A stretch of DNA of 64,000 bases. It comes from Planctomycetaceae bacterium (GTDB lineage Bacteria > Planctomycetota > Phycisphaerae > Phycisphaerales > UBA5793). The notes under the pieces were generated by a model. That model had not been told where the DNA came from and searched no databases. It worked only from the letters and a program-made list of their open reading frames with translations. Position numbers and translations under genes: made by a program. The stretch spans positions 932,375 to 996,374 of the forward strand of contig JBDZVA010000002.1 in assembly GCA_040255465.1 (NCBI GenBank), written 5' to 3'. This document shows, piece after piece, positions 28,842 through 38,461 of the stretch; the first letter of the stretch is position 1; the number at the start of each line of letters is the position of its first letter.

Positions 28842-29552
28842 TCAGCGAGGCGAAGTCGCTCTCAGACGCCGCCGGGCGGACGAATAGGTCACTGCACCCA
28901 GCAAGCCAGCGAGCGCCATGCTGACCGGCGCTGGAAGCGGAACCGATTCCGGTCCGAGCATATAGGTATCACTCTTGCCGTCACCCAAGGCGATCAAGTG
29001 AAACGCGACGCGGAGCGCGGCCGCGTTGGGGTTATACGCCTGGTCACCGGCGGTTTTCAGGAAGCCGTTTTCGATGGCGGCAACGGTGTCGGAGAAATCC
29101 ACCCCGCTCTGCAAATTGAATATAACCTTGAGCCACTCGCCGGGGTTGACGCCATTCTCAGGCTTCGGGTTCTTGGCATTGACGGAAAAGGCTACGGTGG
29201 TGGCGAAATTGTTGATGCCCGGCGGATTCTCAGGGCTGCCGGGATCGTGTTGGAAATCAACGCCGGTGCTCTCTTCCAATGTCGAAATGCCCAGAATCGG
29301 CCCATCTTCGAAGTAGATATTGGCGATGGACGACGCTGCGCCCCCGGCCATGTTCTCGAAGAGGATCCACATCTGGTTCGATGCAACGCCGTCGTTGCCA
29401 ATAGTCATGCCGAATTGCGATGACAGGCTCGAGGAGTTGTTCGTCACGTTTGCGGCGGCATACGCAACTGAGTCCGCAAACGAATCCGATACCACAACGC
29501 CGCCGACCAAGCCGGCAAAAAGACAAGTTTGTATCCAAGACCTACGACGCAT
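28842..29552 (-). CDS. PEP-CTERM-class secreted protein of an unrelated family (Cys-free mature region)
   Basis: Internal ATG at 29552 of ORF 28842..29669. Signal peptide MRRRSWIQTCLFAGLVGGVVVSDSFA. C-terminal tail SVPLPAPVSMALAGLLGAVTYSSARRR. Confidence 0.75.
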   Translation of the reverse strand: MRRRSWIQTCLFAGLVGGVVVSDSFADSVAYAAANVTNNSSSLSSQFGMTIGNDGVASNQMWILFENMAGGAASSIANIYFEDGPILGISTLEESTGVDFQHDPGSPENPPGINNFATTVAFSVNAKNPKPENGVNPGEWLKVIFNLQSGVDFSDTVAAIENGFLKTAGDQAYNPNAAALRVAFHLIALGDGKSDTYMLGPESVPLPAPVSMALAGLLGAVTYSSARRRLRATSPR

Positions 29553-30590
29553 TTTTCTCTCCTCAGTGCCGATCCTTCGGACCCCGGGTCGCGAGTCAGC
29601 CGCCGCCGGGATCCGAACTACAGCCATGCGGCCGACGCGGCCGCGAATAGCCGCAAAAGAATACCTCAAATCTTCTCAAAACGCAAGCAAAAGTCGTCCC
29701 CTTGCGCGATTTTGTGCCAGACTTTCTATACGATTTGCCTCGCTGCCGTCGCCCCCACCCAGCCAAGTCTGGCCACTCAACCCCCCTGCCCGCCTTTGCC
29801 GCAGTTTCATTGAATTCGAGCAAGTACCCGCTGTGCTGGGAGCCGTGGGCAGTGTCGGTGGCAGTGATCGTGTCGGGAATCACGGAACCTGGGAGGTCAG
29901 CGATTTTACGTGAGTCCGCCACCGACCATCGATCGCCCTGCCGCCACCGGGTTGGCCCTTCGGTGAATCCCCTCGCGAACATTCGCCAGCCGAGCCAGGA
30001 GGGCGGCTCGCGAGTCCAAGCCGCCCGAGCTACTTTGTCGGGCGTCGGTCCTGACTCTGCGTCAGTTGCCGGCGATGAGAGAGCCGCCCTCCCACATCCA
30101 GATCGCCCATGCCGTACCCCACGACTGTGTCACTAGTTGCTTTGCTACGGGTTGTGAATGCACGTCTTTTGCCCTCCAACTGACACAAAAAGTAACACAG
30201 TCGGTAGAACAAAACGGCGCCTTTTGCTTTACAATCAACGTCCGATACCTAGATATCACCACGACATCTCGTCGCATCTCAAACCGGCACCCGAGGGGAT
30301 GCACACAGGCGAAAGCTACGATTCTGCCCCACGAACGCGTTCTTTTTTGCCTCCCGATGCGCTGCTGCGCATTGGCCCGAGGCGTCTCCACCAGACACCA
30401 GCCCGCTGCAAATTGAAGAGATGAGAAATCTGATGTTTCAGTTGTTACTCCGGGCACGATTCAGAGCAGCGGGTGGACCTCCGCCACTGAATCCGCTGAG
30501 GTGGCACGGCAGCGGAGGATCCACTGAATCGCTGTGCCCTATTTCTGCGAGTTCCCAAGTTCGGACACCTCTGCGCGAGTTTCGGACGCC

Positions 30591-31646
30591 TAGAGCGTTC
30601 GCACTTCAAGCCTAGCGCGGTTCGGCGCATGTTCGGTGGCGCGAGGTGATGCGGGCATCTATGGTGTGTGCGGCTCAGGAACGAGCCGGACAAGGAGCCA
30701 GGATGGCCGGGCCGTATTCAACCGATCTGCGTCTCAAAGTGCTCGCTGCGTACGAGCGTGGCATGACGACTTCGGCCATTGCCGAGGCGTTCAGCGTCTG
30801 CCCGGCGTGGGCGCGACGCGTCAAGCAACGCTTCTGCGAGAACGGCGAAGTCGAAGCGCGGCCGATGGGCGGTGCTCGCTACCTCAAGATCAGCCGTGCC
30901 CGTCTGGCGCAACTCGTGGCCGAGCACCCCGACGCCACGCTGGCGGAACTGTGCGAACGCATCGAAGTCGAGTGCTCTCAATCCGGCATCAGCAAGGCGC
31001 TGCGGTCGCTGGAAATGACGCTAAAAAAAAGACGATCCATGCGGCGGAGCAGGATCGTCCGGACGTCGCAGCGCGCCGTGAACAGTGGCGTGAGTGGATT
31101 GCCGAGGTGGATGCCCGTCGACTGATCTTCATCGACGAAACCTGGGCCAAGACGAACATGACGCGATCGCGCGGCCGCTGCCGACGCGGGCAACGTCTGA
31201 TCGACAAGACGCCGCACGGTCACTGGATGACGACCACCCTCATCGGCGCCTTGGACGGTCATGGCATGCGCTGCTCCATGGTGGTGGACGGCGCGGTGAA
31301 TCGTGAGGTGTTCGAAGCGTTCGTCGAGCAGGTGTTGTTGAAGCAGCTCAAGCCCGGCGACATCGTGGTGATGGACAACCTCTCAAGCCACAAGGGCGAG
31401 CGGATCGCCGAGTTGATCGAATCGGCCGGTGCGGAGGTGCGTTACCTGCCGCCGTACAGCCCCGACCTGAACCCGATCGAGATGATCTTCAGCAAGATCA
31501 AGCAGCTGCTTCGCAGCCTGGCGTGCCGGACGGTGGATCGATTGTGGCGTGCGATGCAGTCGGTGCTCGACCGCGTCACCGCCAGCGACGCCATCAACTG
31601 CTTCAACCATGGCGGATACCGCTACAGATGAGGTGCGAATGCTCTA
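30591..31646 (+). mobile_element. IS630-family insertion sequence (~1.05 kb) flanked by TA
   Basis: Terminal inverted repeats TAGAGCGTTCGCAC (30591-) and GTGCGAATGCTCTA (-31646), matching 13 of 14 positions. A TA dinucleotide sits at both ends, as expected for IS630/Tc1 target duplication. Encodes a DD35E transposase. Confidence 0.8.
30703..31631 (+). CDS. IS630-family transposase; needs a -1 frameshift at A_AAA_AAA (31023-31029) to join the HTH and DDE parts
   Basis: orfA (frame of ORF 30646..31125) starts at ATG 30703 after AGGAG and has an HTH-like N-terminus. The catalytic part lies in the frame of ORF 30636..31631: FIDETW (D), VVMDNLSSH (D) and PDLNPIE (E, 35 residues after the second D). 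The A8 run at 31023-31030 lies in the overlap. Confidence 0.75.
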
Positions 31647-32338
31647 ACGACCGAACTGGTCAAAAACGAAATGAACGTGCGCGATGCGGCCACCGCACTT
31701 CGGACTGAAATCCAACTCATCCAAGATCCGGCGACACCGTTTGGAACCCGAATCGATCGCCGTACGACCAGCGAAAAGCAATCGACGATTGTCACTTGCT
31801 TCTCCATTTTGGTAAGTACATTCCTATCAACAACCAATCGACAATTCGCCAAAAAATCGCCCTTTGTTTCCAAACTAAATACGAACAGATCCTGCCGCTT
31901 CACAGACAAGAAAACGCAGGCACCCCTCAGAATAGTAGCTCTTCAGCGAAAAAACGAGGGTTTTTCCCTTGAGACAACTCACCGAGCGAGCAGCCGAGAA
32001 TCAGAGGGTGAAATCACGATTGATTGTATCTTGAGTTTGTATCATGCTGCCCGGAACTTGGACCCCGATCAGCCGCGAGGCTTGCTCCTTGAAGCACCCC
32101 GCAGAGTGCCCGAATAGACCCAACTCGGAGTCCCCGTGCGGCTCACCACGAGCGGTTCGACGCGGCCCCTTGCCCGATGCTGTCATCGGCGCAGCGCTTT
32201 CCGCAGCGGCGTGGCAAGACCCGTCACTGCCGCGGGTTACAGAATCATCCATCAGACGGGTAATCTGAGAGAATGCGCTGGTTAACTCGAAATCGTGCGG
32301 ATCTCCGGCGAGTGCTCGCCTCTCTCACCGCCCCCTCA

Positions 32339-32791
32339 TCACTCCTGCGTCAACTCATCGATCTTGCGATCGATCCAGTCGCAGATTCTGCCACGCACGC
32401 CCTCGGCTCGGCGTTCTTCTTCCTCTGCGGTGAGATGGGCGCGCACAACTTTGATCTCCTGGAACAGCCCGGCCTCGAGCCACACGCCAGAGCACTCGCC
32501 GCACATGTCTATGGTGGCCAGCGTCCCGGGATAGCGGAAAGTCCACATCGGGCCGTGCCCCTTCGGGCAATCCAGCGAACCCGCCAGCGCGTCGCTCGGC
32601 CGTTCCATCTGCTGGTCGGCATCGGCAAAGGATCGCTCGAGTTCACCGCCATCGAACCAGAGGCCCTCGCAGCGCGGGCACCAGTCGACGACGATGCCCG
32701 TGCCCTTCACCGGGCGTCGCTTGAGATCGCATTGGCCGCGCAACACACCGTTCGCGTTGCATCGCGGGCATTCGATGGATTGTCCACTCAT
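32339..32791 (-). CDS. Tandem zinc-ribbon (zf-TFIIB-like) protein
   Basis: Two CxxC...CxxC units, each followed by W(F/L)(D/E)xGE(L/F): CPRCN...CPRCEGLWFDGGELE and CPKGH...CGECSGVWLEAGLFQ. Confidence 0.7.
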   Translation of the reverse strand: MSGQSIECPRCNANGVLRGQCDLKRRPVKGTGIVVDWCPRCEGLWFDGGELERSFADADQQMERPSDALAGSLDCPKGHGPMWTFRYPGTLATIDMCGECSGVWLEAGLFQEIKVVRAHLTAEEEERRAEGVRGRICDWIDRKIDELTQE

Positions 32792-32800
32792 GGCCGTCCT

Positions 32801-33694
32801 CTACCAACCGCCGCTGGCGCCGCCGCCACCGGATGATCCACCGCCGAACCCTCCGCCAAATCCGCCGGCCGATCCACCACCTCCCAGTCCCCCACCCCAA
32901 CCCCCACCACCGAGCTCGTCGTTGAGTCGGTTCACGGCTCGGAAGGCGTTTGCAACATACAGCGCCGCGATGATGCCGCCTCCCACTGCGACCCAGCCCC
33001 AGCCGCGCTTGCCGCTGCGAAACAGACTGATCGAAATCGTCACGCTCAGCACGAGCAGCACGATTCCGATGAGCATGGGCCAGTTGAAACCGTAGCGCAC
33101 TGCGGCAAACTGCAGCCCCAGGGCGTGAGTGCCCGCGATCAGACCATCGGCGTAGTTTCCGCTTTTGAATCGCGGGATGATCTTGCCATCCATGATTCGC
33201 CTTGCATCGCCGTCGCGCAGGTTGCCGTAGCCGGCCCCGAGTTCAATGCGGGCCTTGCGGTCGCGCAGCGCCACCACGAGCAGCACGCCATCGTTTTTGG
33301 GCAGGTTGCCGACACCCCACCTGTCAAACACGCCGGTGGCAAACGACTCGATCGTGCCATTGCTGGTCCCGGGATAATCCTTGATCGAACTGATCGTGAG
33401 CACGGCGATCTCCACGCCGGTGTCGCGCTCGATTCCCCACAGGTAGCGTTCCAGATCTAGCTCCTGTTCGAGGTTGAGTACATTCGCCAGATCAGTCACA
33501 TAGCCGCCGTCAGGTACTGGCCAGGGCGCGTATTTCGGCGCGTCGCCACCCGCATCGCCGACGCCTTGTGTCACTCCGGAAATCGCAGATGTTGCCGTCG
33601 ACTTGTCCTGAGCATTGACCGGCGCTTGCTGGGCGCGCAGCGACCGGCAACAGCCGAGCAGAACCACGATGGCGAGGATGAACGGCCGCATCAT
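32801..33694 (-). CDS. TPM-domain protein (YgcG-like) with TM helix and Gly-rich C-terminal tail
   Basis: Signal peptide. TPM-like core YVTDLANVLN...GVEIAVLTISSI...FDRWGVG..NDGVLLVVALRDRKARIELGAGY. One TM helix, then a GGGGWGGGLGGGGSAGGFGGGFGGGSSGGGG tail. Confidence 0.75.
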   Translation of the reverse strand: MMRPFILAIVVLLGCCRSLRAQQAPVNAQDKSTATSAISGVTQGVGDAGGDAPKYAPWPVPDGGYVTDLANVLNLEQELDLERYLWGIERDTGVEIAVLTISSIKDYPGTSNGTIESFATGVFDRWGVGNLPKNDGVLLVVALRDRKARIELGAGYGNLRDGDARRIMDGKIIPRFKSGNYADGLIAGTHALGLQFAAVRYGFNWPMLIGIVLLVLSVTISISLFRSGKRGWGWVAVGGGIIAALYVANAFRAVNRLNDELGGGGWGGGLGGGGSAGGFGGGFGGGSSGGGGASGGW

Positions 33695-33695
33695 G

Positions 33696-34133
33696 CTACT
33701 GCTCCCTCACGACCGCATCATCAATCTCGTTTTCGTTGGCGCCGTCGGCCGGGTAGTGCTGCGCCAGTTTCGATCCGACCATCTCGATTGCCGCGCAGAG
33801 GCCCTCGGCCATCTCACCCTTGCGGAAGTGGTCGGCCATCACATCGCGCACGTCAAACCAGTAGTCCGGGCCGACGCGGGCGGTGATGCCGCGATCGCCG
33901 TAGATGACGAACTCACGGTTTGTTTCGATAAGGAGGATGAGCACGCAGTTGTGTTCACGCGTGCAATCGAGCCCGAGGCGGTGAAAGATCTCTACGGCCT
34001 TGGCCTGCAGAGGCATCCAGCACCAGCGCAGAATCACGACTTTGATTTCTGCGGTCGTGGACTGTTCAGCCGCCGCAACCGCCGCTTCGACGCGCTGACT
34101 TTCGCGCTTGGTGAGCAGGGAGGCAGCGTTCAT
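33696..34133 (-). CDS. TPM-domain protein (cytoplasmic-type, short)
   Basis: ATG at 34133 inside ORF 33696..34277. ESQRVEAAVAAAEQSTTAEIKVVIL...HNCVLILLIETNREFVIYGDRGI matches the TPM/phosphatase-like fold pattern. Lies 1 nt upstream of the next TPM gene. Confidence 0.65.
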   Translation of the reverse strand: MNAASLLTKRESQRVEAAVAAAEQSTTAEIKVVILRWCWMPLQAKAVEIFHRLGLDCTREHNCVLILLIETNREFVIYGDRGITARVGPDYWFDVRDVMADHFRKGEMAEGLCAAIEMVGSKLAQHYPADGANENEIDDAVVREQ

Positions 34134-34632
34134 CGGTCGATCCTCCACGTCGGGCGGTCCTTCCAGTACTCTACTCCGTGAATCGCACGTAGATGGAACG
34201 CACCCCCAACGTGCCAAGACCGACCGCCAGGCAGAGCACTCGAGTGCCGGTGTCGTCGGCAAGCACGGCTGCGCCAATCGCGACGACGATGAGAAACCAG
34301 CAGATGACAGCGTATTCGAGTCGGCTCGGAGTCTTCCAAGGCCACAGAAGCACGATCGACTCTCCTTTCATTCCTGCAGGCTCCGCGCGACTGGCGCCGG
34401 GGGATTCTTTGCCGGCGGAACGACCCCATTTCACCCGGTCTGGTGGCGGAATGAACCCTATTCGAGTCTCACGGCCCATGAAAGCACGGGTGCGGCGGAA
34501 CAGCGCGTCGATCGGGCCGTAAATAAGATAGAATTATCTGCTTATTTGTCGCCTATTCCCCCACCTGCTTTCCACGGCCCGCCCGGCCGAATTGGTCGCG
34601 CGAGCGATCAACTCACAGAATTGGAGCTCAAA

Positions 34633-35541
34633 ATGAAGATTGCGCCCATTGCCTTCACCGCTACGCTGCTGTGCGCCTCGGCCGCTCTCAGCCAAGTCCC
34701 GATCTACGAGCAACCAATCTTCAACACCGGCGGCACCTTGCGCGCCACCCAATTGTGGCAGGATCCATCGGGCCAGAATGACTCCGATCTCGACGCCATC
34801 GCCTGGGAGGACTTCAAGTTGACGCAAGACGCGACTCTCACGCGCGTGAACTGGGTCGGCGACCCGGCTCCGTCGCTGGGATTTCGGATCGGATTCTGGC
34901 TCCAGGACCCGAACACAATCTCGCTTCAACCTGATCTCTTTGCCGGCCCATTTGATGAGCACGACTATCCAAGCGTCTCGCAAACGGCGATCGGCAACGG
35001 GCTGTACCGCATCGAAGTGCAGCTCGCTCGGCCGCAATCGCTTCTGGCGGATACGCAGTACTTCATCACCGTCATCGGACTCACGCCCCAGCCATTCAAC
35101 CAGTGGCGCTGGGCCCAGGCGATCGGGCCAAACACCGGCACGTTTTACTGGCAGCGAGCCGATGGCGGGCGCTACAGCCGCCTCGGGGAAGACCGAGTCA
35201 TGACCCTGTTCGGCCAGATCATGGCGCCCGCACTGACCATATCACCTGATCCGCTCATTGCCGGACAGAACGGCACATTCACGATTGACAACATGACGCC
35301 CTCGACCCGCGCCTATCTCGTCTACAGCCTTCGCGGCCCCGGCAGCACGCGCGTCAATCAACTCAATGTCACGCTTGATCTCGCCCAGCCCGCGCAGGCG
35401 GGCAGCCCGAAGACGACCAACGGCAACGGCCACGCGGTGTGGAATCTGCCCATCCCCATCAACGGACGCGGCCGCAACATCTGGTTCCAGGCGGCGCAGT
35501 ATGGCATGAAAACCAACGTCTTGGCAACGCGCATGAACTAA
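34633..35541 (+). CDS. Secreted hypothetical protein
   Basis: ATG at 34633 inside ORF 34108..35541. Signal peptide MKIAPIAFTATLLCASAALSQ. Beta-rich sequence with no recognisable catalytic motif. Confidence 0.6.
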   Translation: MKIAPIAFTATLLCASAALSQVPIYEQPIFNTGGTLRATQLWQDPSGQNDSDLDAIAWEDFKLTQDATLTRVNWVGDPAPSLGFRIGFWLQDPNTISLQPDLFAGPFDEHDYPSVSQTAIGNGLYRIEVQLARPQSLLADTQYFITVIGLTPQPFNQWRWAQAIGPNTGTFYWQRADGGRYSRLGEDRVMTLFGQIMAPALTISPDPLIAGQNGTFTIDNMTPSTRAYLVYSLRGPGSTRVNQLNVTLDLAQPAQAGSPKTTNGNGHAVWNLPIPINGRGRNIWFQAAQYGMKTNVLATRMN

Positions 35542-35604
35542 GCCCACTCTGATTTGACAACATCGCGAGAGGGAGCGCATTCACCGCGTTCCCTCTGCAC
35601 TTTC

Positions 35605-36639
35605 TCACCGACTGGTGCTCACCGCCACGTCTGCAATCACTCCCAGGTGGTCCGAACCCACGTCCGGCCCCACGCGGCGATCAACGATCGTTGCGCCATC
35701 GGTCACGAGGACGTGATCGATCGGGATGCGCATTGGCCACATCGAGATCGGCCAAGTGCGCTGCAGACCGAAGCCGCGCGATGTGTCGTGCAATCCGCCA
35801 TCTCGCAACAGGTCGGCGAACAACGGCGACCACGGCGTGGTGTTCAGATCTCCCGCCACCATCGTCGGCAGTTCCTGATGCGAGCTGACCAATGCGGCGA
35901 TCAATGACAACTGATCGTTGCGCAGGCGAACGTATGCACCGCTCACCGGCGGCAGAGGATGCGTACCTATGAAGCGAAACGACCCGCCCGGCGCGGCGAT
36001 GTCGGCAATGATCGTCGGCACTCGCGCTTCGGTCATCGGTTCAATACGTGTGTTCATGAGCTCGAACCTGCTCCACAACGCGATGCCGAAGTTGTCGGTG
36101 CGAGGGCTCGACGACGTGAACGGATACATCGCGTTGAGCGGTTGCATGTGTTCCATCCAGCGCCCGTCGACTTCGAGCAGCAATACAAGATCCGGCTGCT
36201 CCGCCTGGATGAACGCGAGCACCGCCGCAAAGTTGTGGTTTGCCGTGTTGACGTTCTGACTGAGCAATCGAATTGTCGGCGCCGCGTTGGCGACCGATGC
36301 CGCGGCTGGTCGATTCGGCAGGACGTGGGGTGCAATCACAACTAAGTCCATCAATGCCACCAGGCCCGCGAGCACGGCGAACTTGAAAGAACGCAGGATC
36401 AGCAGCAGTGCGCAGGCAATCACGAGCAGAACCGCATATTGCACGCGAAAATGGGAGGCGAGTTCAAAGAACAGACCGTGCCTTGCGAGGTGGCCCAGCA
36501 GGCTCGCCGTACAGACGCCGAGCGCACCGAGGCGAATGAGAATCAGAATAATCCGAGTCATTTGCCGCATCGATGCCCAAGCGTAGTCGAGCCGCAACAG
36601 CAGGCGACGGGTCTGATCGCCGGACTGAATCGGCCACAA
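35605..36639 (-). CDS. Endonuclease/exonuclease/phosphatase (EEP) family protein with N-terminal TM helices
   Basis: Three N-terminal hydrophobic helices, then EEP blocks: LLSQNVNTAN, PDLVLLLEV, GDLNTTPWS and a C-terminal SDHLGVIADV. Confidence 0.75.
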   Translation of the reverse strand: MWPIQSGDQTRRLLLRLDYAWASMRQMTRIILILIRLGALGVCTASLLGHLARHGLFFELASHFRVQYAVLLVIACALLLILRSFKFAVLAGLVALMDLVVIAPHVLPNRPAAASVANAAPTIRLLSQNVNTANHNFAAVLAFIQAEQPDLVLLLEVDGRWMEHMQPLNAMYPFTSSSPRTDNFGIALWSRFELMNTRIEPMTEARVPTIIADIAAPGGSFRFIGTHPLPPVSGAYVRLRNDQLSLIAALVSSHQELPTMVAGDLNTTPWSPLFADLLRDGGLHDTSRGFGLQRTWPISMWPMRIPIDHVLVTDGATIVDRRVGPDVGSDHLGVIADVAVSTSR

Positions 36640-36728
36640 AGGGCCCGTGCCCCCCCCGGGGCAATCTGCCAGACTTCGTCGGTCGCGCGTTGGGCTGTTT
36701 GCGGGCCCCCCTGCTACGCTCCATCATC

Positions 36729-37634
36729 ATGAGCAAACGGCCGAAGAACTGGAAGCGTGGACTGCGCAACGTCGTTCTCCGCTGGTCCGTGCTGCTCGGC
36801 ATCACCGCCTTCATCCTCTGGAGCACCGGCTGCATGGAGCGAATGTTCTACTACCCCGAGCGCGGCCCCACGCCCATTGCTGAAGCGCCCAGCGGCAGTG
36901 AGGTGGTTGAGTTCGAATCGGCCGACGATACGAAACTCTTCGGCTGGTTCATCCCGGCGCGCGGCGCGACCACGGCCGAGGCGCGACGCACGCATCCCAC
37001 GATCCTCCATGTTCACGGCAATGCCGGAAACATTCTCAGTCACGCCTACTTCACCGAGCACCTCCCGCCGGCCGGCTTTAATGTTCTCGTTTTTGATTTC
37101 CGCGGTTATGGCCAAAGCGAAGGCACCGCGCATCACCGCGAGGGTCTGATCGCCGACACCAGTGCCGCGCTCGATGTGCTGCTCAAGCGCGAAGATGTCG
37201 ATCCGGCCCGCATTGGCATCTACGGCCAGTCGCTGGGTGGGGCGATCGCCCTTAATGTCATGGCGGATCGACCCGAGATTCGCTGCGGCGTTTTCGAGTC
37301 TGCGTTTGCCAGTTGGCGCGAAGTGGCGGCCAGCGCCGTGGGTGGTGACCCGCCATTCTTTGCGGCATCCTGGCTGGCCGCGATCTGCGTGCCAGATCAG
37401 CTGCGCCCCATCGATGCGATCGCGCGGATCGATCGGCCCATGCTCCTCCTTCAGGGCGATCTCGACGCGATCGTTCCGGTCAGCCACGGCCGGCGACTTG
37501 CGGCAGCGTCAAACGGCCACGCGAAGCTCATCACCCTCCACGGCGGCGGTCACAACACGCTGCGCCAGACCAATCCCGAGATCGACCAGGAGACGATCAA
37601 CTTCCTCCACGAACATCTTGGTATCGAACAATAG
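36729..37634 (+). CDS. Alpha/beta hydrolase (BAAT/prolyl-oligopeptidase-like serine hydrolase)
   Basis: ATG at 36729 inside ORF 36573..37634. N-terminal TM helix, HVHGNAGN, nucleophile elbow GQSLGG and C-terminal GGGHN. Confidence 0.75.
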   Translation: MSKRPKNWKRGLRNVVLRWSVLLGITAFILWSTGCMERMFYYPERGPTPIAEAPSGSEVVEFESADDTKLFGWFIPARGATTAEARRTHPTILHVHGNAGNILSHAYFTEHLPPAGFNVLVFDFRGYGQSEGTAHHREGLIADTSAALDVLLKREDVDPARIGIYGQSLGGAIALNVMADRPEIRCGVFESAFASWREVAASAVGGDPPFFAASWLAAICVPDQLRPIDAIARIDRPMLLLQGDLDAIVPVSHGRRLAAASNGHAKLITLHGGGHNTLRQTNPEIDQETINFLHEHLGIEQ

Positions 37635-37736
37635 AACGGGCCGGAGTCTCAAGTTGTGCGCATCTCGATGTCGCACAAAGCCACAGCCCTGCAGCGCCGG
37701 GCCGCAGGGCTGGGCCGACTCCAATCAGGAGAGGTG

Positions 37737-38300
37737 TCAGTTCGAGCCGGAGATCGAGCCATTGTGCCTTCGCTCAATGCCGATCTGGATGGTTTCGCTG
37801 TCGGCCGCGCAGATGGTGCCGCGTTCATCTTTGAGGAGGTCGTTGAGCGTATAGGATCGCAACTCATCGTGCAGGACGCCAATGGCGCGATCGATGCTGG
37901 CGTGAAGGGCGCAGAGATGTCCTTCGTGTTCGACGCGCCCCAGCGGGCACTTGGTAATGCGATCGAGCGGGTCGATCACACGAACGAGATCGAGCAACGT
38001 TGTCGTGCTCGCATCGCAGGCCAATCGGAACCCACCTCCGCGGCCGCGCTGCGCGCGAACAAACTTCGCTCGACCAAGTTGCTGCAGAATCTTCACGGCA
38101 TAATCAGGTGAGACGTCGGTCCGTCGCGACAGTTGTTCGCTGGTGAGCGGTCGCCCTTCGGCCTCGGCCAAAGCGATCATCATTCGTAATGCGTACTCGG
38201 CGGTTGTGGATAGCACGCTGAGCCTCTCGCTGGTGGAGTTGTTAGAAGTATACCGCCGAAATCGGATAAGTTCATCCCCTTTATCGCTCATACTCACCAT
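37737..38300 (-). CDS. Rrf2-family transcriptional regulator (three Cys, possible Fe-S sensor)
   Basis: Rrf2 wHTH start LSTTAEYALRMMIALAE...YAVKILQQLGRAKFVRAQRGRGGGFRLA, with Cys residues in RLAC, KCPL and HLCALH. The start could be ATG 38300 or 38291. Confidence 0.75.
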   Translation of the reverse strand: MVSMSDKGDELIRFRRYTSNNSTSERLSVLSTTAEYALRMMIALAEAEGRPLTSEQLSRRTDVSPDYAVKILQQLGRAKFVRAQRGRGGGFRLACDASTTTLLDLVRVIDPLDRITKCPLGRVEHEGHLCALHASIDRAIGVLHDELRSYTLNDLLKDERGTICAADSETIQIGIERRHNGSISGSN

Positions 38301-38461
38301 CTTCGGTGATTTGGGGAAAAACACCCCTAAGGCGACCAAGAGGTGCGGGATTAGCCGCAATTGGGGCTGGCCAGCCCTTCGATTCCGGACGCGGAATCCC
38401 AACGCCTCTACTCTTGGCCGGATCCGGTCGCCCTCGGGTTCGACCCTCCACTGGAGTCGCC

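Noticed and set aside
30636-31631. 331-aa ORF read as a single intact transposase
   Set aside because: Its first ~130 codons are out-of-frame junk (Arg/Ala/Gly-rich). The HTH part is in the frame of ORF 30646..31125. The gene is better explained as two frames joined at the A8 run.
32694-33095. Proline-rich plus-strand ORF (PPPPDDPPPNPPPNPPADPPPP...)
   Set aside because: It is the mirror image of the poly-Gly tail and TM helix of the minus-strand TPM protein. The low complexity is explained by the opposite strand.
34171-34479. 102-aa minus-strand ORF upstream of the TPM operon, with a hydrophobic stretch
   Set aside because: It could be a small membrane protein heading the operon. However, the start is unclear, there is no motif, and part of it overlaps the spurious extension region. 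Too weak to annotate.
34108-34632. N-terminal 175-codon extension of the 34108..35541 ORF
   Set aside because: The extension overlaps the minus-strand TPM gene region and is compositionally implausible. A clean signal peptide begins at ATG 34633.
37674-37702. 9-bp perfect hairpin CAGCCCTGC / GCAGGGCTG between the convergent hydrolase and Rrf2 genes
   Set aside because: No T-tract follows on either strand, so I did not list it as a terminator. It may still act as a transcript-stabilising or pausing element.
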